Assembly: GCA_002633005.1 (NCBI GenBank) | Contig: NMRA01000385.1 | Location: 189,839 to 253,838, forward strand | Direction: 5' to 3' | DNA from: Phoronis australis | Taxonomy: Eukaryota > Animalia > Phoronida | DNA: 64,000 nucleotides | Shown: one piece after another, positions 61,401-64,000 of the stretch | Numbering within the stretch: position 1 is the first letter of the stretch | Layout: each line of letters begins with the position of its first letter | The notes under the pieces: generated by a model | The model's input: only the letters and a program-made list of their open reading frames with translations | Database searches by the model: none | What the model was told of the DNA's origin: nothing | Position numbers and translations under genes: made by a program

Positions 61401-61536
61401 TGCCTTTGAAGACAGTCCAATCAAAATTGAAAACCTTGCTCATGGCCTTGGTAACAGTCCTGGTAAACAGAATGGTGACACTTACTTTAAGTGGGATTCA
61501 TTCAGTTTCAACACACCCACCCTTAACACTCTAGAG
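62..61536 (+). CDS. Internal part of a giant multi-exon gene: 27 exons, 4509 nt, ~1503 aa, open at both ends. Putative secreted lipoprotein/vitellogenin-like + degenerate M23/LECT2-like + SAP-like + FnIII-like multidomain protein
   Basis: Exons 62-116, 1389-1547, 2308-2504, 3491-3621, 4542-4723, 5372-5517, 8175-8312, 10019-10210, 11444-11586, 11728-11956, 12358-12515, 12905-13094, 17236-17363, 19335-19566, 20520-20650, 21461-21586, 22274-22419, 33547-33678, 39001-39216, 43110-43331, 44088-44233, 44703-44868, 49831-50059, 51616-51850, 57786-57914, 59816-60018, 61389-61536. All are AG/GT bounded, all 26 junction phases match, and there is no in-frame stop. Confidence 0.9.
1389..1547 (+). CDS. 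Exon b (GMDIVVPNRTNETATLRRACLTVGGMASSLNKTNPARAAQIVGHLTTWLERHN), alpha-helical
   Basis: ttcag acceptor, gtaaat donor, phase 1-1; overlaps ORF 1346..1591. Confidence 0.85.
2308..2504 (+). CDS. Exon c (DRTKRSADDMDYNYEYYTGMIMLYALSNAAHHTSLKLFKRYAAPNQGHSAWRRAALEAMKFYPHDE), lipoprotein alpha-helical-domain-like with furin site RTKR
   Basis: tttttcag acceptor, gtatga donor, phase 1-0; LYALSNA...RRAALEAM resembles the LxALGNA...RxAAxxAL helices of large lipid transfer proteins. Confidence 0.88.
2787..2890. mobile_element. ~104 bp hairpin MITE
   Basis: ~37 bp near-perfect inverted repeats aatggtctgatataacgtgcccgaattttgagaacca / tggttctcaaaatacgggcacattatatcagactatt. Confidence 0.75.
3491..3621 (+). 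CDS. Exon d (SAEILITLAFHDFHDVVRQQAYRTYTEHPKRYQLTDAQRDIIL)
   Basis: ttaag acceptor, gtaagt donor, phase 0-2; D...VRxxAY helix motif. Confidence 0.88.
4542..4723 (+). CDS. Exon e (RNASAVIPPNRDRRGIQDFLDKGLHWEIEIPGFSWTKVIGSTAIGASFGVILRNKMSLDL), furin-like site RDRR followed by beta strands
   Basis: ttctttcag acceptor, gtaagt donor, phase 2-1. Confidence 0.9.
5372..5517 (+). CDS. Exon f (KPLEGMFMIDVYDTAYAEANLGILNIKFDMFRLQVCFRGYIRYNLNMAK), amphipathic beta strands
   Basis: ttttag acceptor, gtaatg donor, phase 1-0. Confidence 0.9.
6295..8079 (-). mobile_element. Non-autonomous TIR DNA transposon (Tc1/mariner-pogo-like ends) with decayed HIRAN-like coding remnant, copy 1
   Basis: Termini ccgcattttccctaataac...gttattaggttgaatacag-TA; collinear with 34509-35909; minus-strand peptides IRGFYMYKEIWNLVEGE...PVDMYAVSV...HVPQKISKLVFFLEHGGSLNCTVMAKYR. 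Confidence 0.75.
7289..7364. mobile_element. 76 bp CATGG...CCCATG mini-element inserted in the TIR element
   Basis: Absent from the homologous site in copy 2 (ggccttactgagac, ~35257); flanked by cttag/cttac; related to 60247-60316. Confidence 0.7.
8175..8312 (+). CDS. Exon g (EYGINSVQDLVNIFDTLYDQFVTPIETAVDSFMGIFQSINKQGGFG), amphipathic helix
   Basis: ttttcag acceptor, gtaagt donor, phase 0-0. Confidence 0.9.
8551..8716 (+). repeat. Minisatellite, 18-20 bp unit (ttgcattgtttctggtca), ~9 copies
   Basis: Read directly; explains the repetitive ORF 8526..8759. Confidence 0.95.
10019..10210 (+). CDS. Exon h (ALFKSFAQTIIDLPKNIVKTAEALASWTGKTTNCLPWVTAVRKVVLRIKFFINDVKMDIENFVT)
   Basis: tttttatag acceptor, gtaatg donor, phase 0-0. 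Confidence 0.9.
11197..11372 (+). repeat. Tandem repeat, 60 bp unit x ~3
   Basis: attgagtcatgcttcttgcagg..gttttgactgtcaggactatgcat repeated in register on three consecutive lines. Confidence 0.95.
11444..11586 (+). CDS. Exon i (TILDAIQVTIPYAIEQFEKTGKQIVQSLGELISAPSSALEGLGQAFI)
   Basis: ttttcag acceptor, gtatgt donor, phase 0-2. Confidence 0.9.
11728..11956 (+). CDS. Exon j (VAMAMFMLMGAKKRVEINFPIKGGNLPYWMTPGEDLRALKTDMLYATKSVSNMLKIYATRPTPFKVGYGATGLKSM)
   Basis: ctaacccag acceptor, gtgagt donor, phase 2-0. Confidence 0.87.
12358..12515 (+). CDS. Exon k (GQQQKEVGMKFISALSNLLEPFEYLFKPLFDLYKSVLAVYYNIKDIIDTIKT), amphipathic helix
   Basis: gttag acceptor, gtaagt donor, phase 0-2; absent from the ORF track. 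Confidence 0.87.
12905..13094 (+). CDS. Exon l (YVTKAKDTFTMLFGAKFHKKFPRTRRSGAEDEYGDGNWPSTANNFYSNKTEGIGIMLLADSGQK), start of M23/LECT2-like fold
   Basis: ctgtag acceptor, gtgagt donor, phase 2-0; the ORF track shows a different frame. Confidence 0.87.
13265..15118 (-). mobile_element. Degenerate non-LTR retrotransposon, RLE type (HERO/NeSL-like), RT and post-RT region
   Basis: Frameshifted peptides TTEWIAIKRRIVVNCTISSVLFIMGMN, IKYLGKWYD, GLLPRLMW..YEIS, RAVQLRQQAAWTRWNLPERKLTWSELW...FVLQSVFDVLPSSVNLQHW. Confidence 0.85.
14268..14765. mobile_element. MITE (PIF/Harbinger- or Kolobok-like) nested in the LINE RT
   Basis: TIR agggcctttcata / tatgaaagggcct with TTA (or TTAA/TTTA) flanks; internal agtatgaacg repeats; LINE sequence resumes on both sides. 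Confidence 0.8.
16598..17115 (+). mobile_element. ~500 bp MITE family X, copy 1
   Basis: TIR attacggcgttttcccgtt / aatgggaaaacgctgtcat; internal palindrome cccaacttgtt...aacaagttggg; three more copies in the window. Confidence 0.8.
17236..17363 (+). CDS. Exon m (VVAPVTGVYYYEKLPRERIRIEPTKGSLKKYVIFLYNVKYLR), M23-like core
   Basis: ttttgtag acceptor, gtatgt donor, phase 0-2; G-x-x-V-x-A-P-x-x-G motif completed across the l/m junction. Confidence 0.87.
19335..19566 (+). CDS. Exon n (AVKVEGKPAKAGELIGHMETSPGDSQKNFMFVSVRKVPRSYRRMSFYLKVKELQKDGEWVDPTKYTERNSLFPTWVQ), M23-like C-terminal half
   Basis: acag acceptor, gtgagg donor, phase 2-0; G..xKAGELIG and VDPTKY are typical M23/LECT2 motifs. Confidence 0.87.
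19866..20200 (-). repeat. (TAA)n tract plus AT-rich low-complexity DNA, possibly the 3' tail of an antisense LINE
   Basis: (aat)n followed by ctttatt and a short hairpin (cttagccaatggctaag); no recognisable coding remnant. Confidence 0.4.
20520..20650 (+). CDS. Exon o (ECNDRSITILGVRIDAGSFADDKDSKAKTVQRDMQRSQDEFMN)
   Basis: ttcttccag acceptor, gttaaa donor, phase 0-2. Confidence 0.83.
21461..21586 (+). CDS. Exon p (YRAPEPPYRPANVDMRAQRPLSEQLKGVIDFVNDVKALLGG)
   Basis: tgtgcag acceptor, gtaagt donor, phase 2-2. Confidence 0.82.
22274..22419 (+). CDS. Exon q (DTSRIWKIAERFDVGHYTLRFVVDLFKKKKLVDRVDALTIIIKKLQVCA)
   Basis: atccag acceptor, gtgagc donor, phase 2-1. Confidence 0.82.
22533..23379 (-). 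mobile_element. Putative 3' LTR of the Gmr1-like element
   Basis: Inverted termini TGTCAGA...TCTGACA; purine tract (ttgaggaagg on the minus strand) just inside; no second copy in the window. Confidence 0.5.
23490..26640 (-). mobile_element. Decayed Gmr1-like Ty3/Gypsy pol with order PR-INT-RT-RNaseH
   Basis: From 5' to 3' on minus: PR (MRETGC/G.., YDLIIGN), HHCC (GGHLGVKKT..FYWPG..SCDICQ), rve, GPY (WRGPYEV), RT (VKKKDGSNRFCID, KMPFGLVNSAATF, VDDIL), RH (LQTDASDTGIG, NYSVIERECLAIV, TDHQPL, NVGADYLSR). Confidence 0.92.
28133..28301 (-). repeat. 3' LTR (169 bp) of the Gypsy element
   Basis: About 16 substitutions + 1 indel versus 32812-32981, counted by eye. Confidence 0.92.
30703..31159. mobile_element. 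hAT-like MITE inserted in the Gypsy RT
   Basis: 8 bp TSD tagacagg/tagacggg; TIR cagacctttatccag vs caggccttaatgcag; splits YTRL|PF..APSIFQR. Confidence 0.8.
32812..32981 (-). repeat. 5' LTR (170 bp) of the Gypsy element
   Basis: Direct repeat of 28133-28301; adjacent PBS-like tttgcgaagagga on the minus strand. Confidence 0.92.
32982..33493 (-). mobile_element. MITE family X, copy 2 (inverted); its other terminus lies at ~28116-28132, split off by the Gypsy insertion
   Basis: Reverse complement of 16598-17115; cattatggcattctccc | LTR element | ttcccgttaagtgac. Confidence 0.8.
33547..33678 (+). CDS. Exon r (DKFSVTNPQTWSPSTINRKLRKYGKDGYGYRGALINKLFQAIYG), SAP-motif-like
   Basis: Strong pyrimidine tract + ctgcag acceptor, gtatgt donor, phase 1-1; follows an ~11 kb TE-filled intron. 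Confidence 0.85.
33950..36660. repeat. Degenerate ~430-450 bp tandem-unit repeat (likely transposon-internal) rich in gcgccNcctagtggc motifs
   Basis: Recurrent blocks catctattagtg, ttttcgagtctgttttttggcg, tcaaccaaacc, ccctagtggcaattttag; interrupted by 34509-35909. Confidence 0.7.
34509..35909 (-). mobile_element. Non-autonomous TIR DNA transposon with HIRAN-like remnant, copy 2
   Basis: TA-ccgtattcgccgtaataac...gttattacggtgaatatgg-TA; removing it restores ggcagataggcatctat seen in sibling repeat units; minus peptides IRGIHV..YKEIWIPVE..NPVDKY. Confidence 0.85.
39001..39216 (+). CDS. Exon s (KCPHFLGGIMTGFNVYCEPHFDCMGLTCAVPVKYMCLQQWVRLDTRVDLCGPKLVFKVGSPPKQKSMEMTFA), Cys-rich beta module
   Basis: tcttttctag acceptor, gtgagt donor, phase 1-1. 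Confidence 0.88.
41239..42048. mobile_element. Probable non-autonomous TIR element
   Basis: Left cctaaagtcgtga (twice) is inverted at the right as tcatgactttagg; boundaries approximate. Confidence 0.45.
43110..43331 (+). CDS. Exon t (EKIKEIDVDVSTTMDAMVAKFQFNVTANSSHIFLIGKTQLCSSFMTTCIPDTFIFKNITFKIPPFAGLKCNINS)
   Basis: tatttcag acceptor, gtacgt donor, phase 1-1; three N-x-S/T sequons. Confidence 0.87.
44088..44233 (+). CDS. Exon u (GGESDNALNARGMQALPLVDLTTELILCGEKSSEIMRLMNEIRDAIASN)
   Basis: ctttcag acceptor, gtaaga donor, phase 1-0. Confidence 0.83.
44703..44868 (+). CDS. Exon v (MNMVEYLVTAVFGTAGEFPGGSEFCLSGQVPVPTKDITFFEYQWRFMAGPIPIKV)
   Basis: tctttctag acceptor, gtgagt donor, phase 0-1. 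Confidence 0.88.
45493..46042 (+). mobile_element. MITE family X, copy 3
   Basis: catttcagcgttttcctgttggtcccaacttg...gaacgggagaatgccatcatg; collinear with 16598-17115. Confidence 0.8.
46318..46811 (+). mobile_element. MITE family X, copy 4
   Basis: cataacggtgttttaccgttgctaccaacttg...gaacgccatcatg; has an internal deletion relative to the other copies. Confidence 0.8.
47066..47109 (+). repeat. (CA)n microsatellite
   Basis: Read directly. Confidence 0.95.
49831..50059 (+). CDS. Exon w (EFGAGGSFGAFVSIKLCIMSMRVEATAIPWCGAKVWGSVAISLGIIEAGAKLIGYLIETQFPSIANVGFQQFPLDL), Gly-rich amphipathic beta hairpins
   Basis: gttctag acceptor, gtagat donor, phase 1-2. Confidence 0.88.
50462..50732. mobile_element. 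~270 bp Kolobok-like MITE
   Basis: TIR ggtgattttttctcaaa / tttgagaaaaaatcgcc; flanks gtaa/ttaa; internal gcggaatattccgca palindromic repeats. Confidence 0.7.
51616..51850 (+). CDS. Exon x (GGMDLVLTPLRIELMAFVEVHLFVTSEILWEGFIWKFATKPITMNMFTIEKAEEDKSAPQFQGASSATKTRRSGQPCK)
   Basis: atttccag acceptor, gtatgg donor, phase 2-0. Confidence 0.88.
52671..54634. mobile_element. ~1.96 kb non-autonomous Kolobok-like DNA transposon
   Basis: TTAA-ggtaggtggatacac...gtgtatacacctacc-TTAA; no transposase ORF inside. Confidence 0.85.
54886..56615 (-). mobile_element. 3' fragment of a Gypsy element (RH end, integrase, putative 3' LTR ~54886-55070)
   Basis: NPADYLSRHP, LAHESHQGLVKTK, MDFAGP, LDNGPPFTS, YCATPHSTTGVAPAELLFG; purine tract next to a TG...CA segment. 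Confidence 0.85.
56620..57642 (+). mobile_element. 5'-truncated Penelope-like element: GIY-YIG endonuclease ORF (56758-57330) plus pseudo-LTR-like tail
   Basis: LIYQFNCPHNEC...YVGYTTCTLSRRLSMH...H...H...RLKILEALII; downstream MPLTLGDLLYQLP...YESLLYKLFKAKNSLLFNET resembles a re-started ORF 5' end; ends in (CA)n. Confidence 0.85.
57786..57914 (+). CDS. Exon y (VGQLTDLDVTDTQFELEVDAEDENSEVTMHYAVGTYKGGTNVI), N-terminal half of FnIII-like repeat
   Basis: gcttag acceptor, gtaagt donor, phase 0-0; D-x-x-S...Y-x-VGT-x-x-GG-x-x-V motif. Confidence 0.85.
58538..58666 (+). CDS. Second copy of exon y (identical peptide), probably the other allele duplicated by the assembly
   Basis: Same splice sites; only synonymous differences seen (aca aac vs acc aat); lies in the duplicated block after the N at 58037. 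Confidence 0.6.
59036..59462. mobile_element. PIF/Harbinger-like MITE
   Basis: Termini taagtcccgtttagac / gtgtaaacagcactta; subterminal inverted repeats actgacacggagcaaactgac / gtcagtttactccgtgtcagt. Confidence 0.6.
59816..60018 (+). CDS. Exon z (GWTQMAATNALVEAKMPGGIPLYFTVRAKNEQGMEALAQCQLETFDNTLPEGRVNMLYLYSANPKVI), C-terminal half of FnIII-like repeat
   Basis: attttag acceptor, gtaagt donor, phase 0-2; YFTVRAxNxxG is the FnIII F-strand signature, followed by D-x-T-x-P linker. Confidence 0.9.
60247..60316. mobile_element. 70 bp CATGGG...CCCATG mini-element with 5 bp direct flanks
   Basis: ttaaa-catgggcggcgca...tgcaccacccatg-ttaaa; internal hairpin ggggggctatagcccccc; related to 7289-7364. 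Confidence 0.7.
61389..61536 (+). CDS. Exon aa (GSVVAFEDSPIKIENLAHGLGNSPGKQNGDTYFKWDSFSFNTPTLNTLE), next FnIII-like unit; gene continues beyond window
   Basis: ttttacag acceptor, gtatgt donor, phase 2-0. Confidence 0.85.
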
Positions 61537-62109
61537 GTATGTACACTATTGTTATGTCAACAAAAAGGAGGTGCAGAATTTTGCTGTTCCAATAATTTGT
61601 TCCATGATCCTTCAAAATATGTATAAGTTGTGACAGATTTTCGCATAGTGATCTGATCTGATTGTCTTGCATACTGTTCTCTGTGTTAAAAGTGGCCTTG
61701 CTTTGTTGAAGTTGTAAGAAAATTTTGGTAAATTAATCAAATTCTGCTTTAATTTTGTTGATACCTTATCAGGGATTAGTCAAATACATGTCTGAATTTT
61801 TGTGGGAACGGAAAAGATTCCATTGTTAACTAAAACGTAGACTGATGCTTCAATATGACAAAGAGTTCCCAACCAGTGAATATTCCAGACAGCAGTGGTT
61901 TTCAAATGCTGCCGATTTGGTCTGTTGTCATTAATGCTCCTGGCAGTCTTTTGTTCAGTATCACACATTCTGGTGCTCAACCCTGAGTTATTTTTCTGAC
62001 ATGATTGAAGGAGTTACATGTTGATTGTGCTAATTGCTCTGCTGTACAGAAAAGGAACTTGGATCAAGGTTTGTGATATTGTGGTCCATTGATACGCAGC
62101 AGTTTTTAA

Positions 62110-62995
62110 GCTTATTAAAAAACTGACTGCTCCAAACTCGTAAATAGTCATCTAATTCATCTCTCTTTTTTGCAGAATGTAGAAAAACACAGTTTGACTG
62201 ACCTAGGTTTTACATTTTAATGCTCAAATGTTTCTGTGCTAAAGTGGAACAACGTATCATACCCCACTTCACTTTTCAAATTTCATAGTGTCTGCCCTTC
62301 AATTCACGGCATGCGTGTGCATCTTCAGTACTTTAACTTGAATGCTGGATGTCATAATAATTTTGCTGTAAAATAGTAAAATTAGCTCAACAGTAGTTTC
62401 CAACTTTTGAACAAGCGCTCTGATGACGTAACATGTTTTGGTTGTGATATACTAACCCTAAAATCCTCCCTTCATTTTCGGGTCTGCCTTTATTTTGCCG
62501 GTACTGTGCGATTTTACGCTAATACACATTAGCCGATGGTGTTAAGTTGCCTGACTAAANGCTTATTAAAAAACTGACTTTGCTCCAAACTCGTAAATAA
62601 TCATCTAATTCATCTCTCTTTTTTGCAGAATGTAGAAAAACACAGTTTGACTGACCTAGGTTTTACATTTTAATGCTCAAATGTTTCTGTGCTAAAGTGG
62701 AACAACGTATCATACCCCACTTCACTTTTCAAATTTCATAGTGTCTGCGGCATGCGTGTGCATCTTCAGTACTTTAACTTGAATGCTGGATGTCATAATA
62801 ATTTTGCTGTAAAATAGTAAAATTAGCTCAACAGTAGTTTCCAACTTTTGAACAAGCGCTCTGATGACGTAACATGTTTTGGTTGTGATATACTAACCCT
62901 AAAATCCTCCCTTCATTTTCGGGTCTGCCTTTATTTTGCCGGTACTGTGCGATTTTACGCTAATACACATTAGCCGATGGTGTTAAGTTGCCTGA
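62110..62995 (+). repeat. ~440 bp direct duplication across a single N (62560)
   Basis: 62110-62555 is nearly identical to 62561-62995 apart from small indels. Confidence 0.9.
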
Positions 62996-64000
62996 CGAAA
63001 CAACACATCTGTTTTCACTTTTTCGCTCTTCTGATGGATTTAAACTTAAGATTCGAAATCTTCATAAAATTTTGACCTCTGTTCGTGTTCTCTCAGTACA
63101 TATTGGTGAAGTTTTAGCTGATGTCATTTCGGTCAGATCAGCCAAGTTTGAAATAACTTTTAGTATTGCTACGCAGTAAAGCAATTTCCTTTGTTTTGAA
63201 TTTTGTAACAGTTATAATTTCAAAGTAAATACACAGGAATTGCCATGGACCTGAGTTAAAATTTCTGAGAAAGTAACAAATTTCATGAATTTATGAATCC
63301 GCAAAGGTCTAATTTGCACAGTGCCACAGTATTCTAAGTAATCCGTTCTCGTGGGTGTCGTGAGCCTTGTGTGAGCTGTAAAGTTTCGTTGGTTATGGGT
63401 TTTTCAAAATGGGAGCGATGGGTGACTGTCTTCAAGCACATACATTTTTGTCGTAAAGTGAAAATCCCAATGAAAATCGGATGAAAAATGTTGCTAATGT
63501 CAATAGTTAACGATTTTTGTCTGAAGTCATGGTGAAAATGTGAAAGAAAGTTGGACGAAAAATGACACTAAAAATTGTTGAAAATTTACCAAAAGTTTTT
63601 GCTTCAAACTTCCATCTATTTTCCATGAAAATTATCGGGAGCTTTTTAGACCACCACATTACGATCAATGCTCAACAGCGGTTCTACCACGACATAGTTA
63701 TTTGTTGGTTATACCATCCACAAACACACATTGTGTTACAAGTTCTGTATACGTGTTTGTTAAAAATGAATTGTAGAAAGAGTATATTGGAGTAATCGAA
63801 CATTATAAACGACAGGTACGTTATAATGCGACTCGATTGTGCTTTTCCTGAACCTTCTAATTCTGTAGATATTGTAAATTGTTCGTGTGTCAGTGCAGTA
63901 GTCTCGACGATGTTGTCTGATATGTTCAACCGCTTACTTAAAAGTAACTGACCACCATTGTGTCAAGAACCGGAAACTCTTTATTGTTGTGCTCCGATGA

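Noticed and set aside
62110-62995. Tandem duplication as a biological event
   Set aside because: Copies abut a single N and differ by allele-like indels; typical haplotype overlap at a gap, and non-coding.
1-64000. tRNA/rRNA genes, operons or prokaryotic defence systems
   Set aside because: None recognisable; the window is spliceosomal-intron-rich eukaryotic DNA, and most short ORFs in the track are chance frames.

Overview
This is AT-rich eukaryotic DNA, most likely from a marine invertebrate. The six-frame ORF track is largely misleading here because the real gene is spliced. Reading splice sites by eye gives one + strand gene spanning the whole window: 27 GT-AG exons between 62 and 61536. 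Every junction is phase-compatible, and the 4509 nt join into about 1503 codons with no stop, open at both ends. In order, the protein shows: a lipoprotein/vitellogenin-like alpha-helical segment, an amphipathic beta-strand block, a long amphipathic helical region, a degenerate M23/LECT2-like fold lacking the zinc ligands, a SAP-like motif, a Cys-rich beta module, a second amphipathic beta block, and the first FnIII-like repeats. Several furin-type sites punctuate it. I cannot give it a gene symbol. The introns hold many mobile elements: a HERO-like RLE non-LTR retrotransposon, a Gmr1-type Gypsy with integrase upstream of RT, a complete but decayed Gypsy with both LTRs, a further Gypsy fragment, a Penelope-like GIY-YIG element, two TA-flanked TIR elements carrying HIRAN-like remnants, Kolobok/hAT/Harbinger-like MITEs (several nested), and a repeat rich in CTCF-like motifs. 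Two local duplications each flank a single N and are probably assembly artefacts. All domain assignments come from motif recognition, not database searches.
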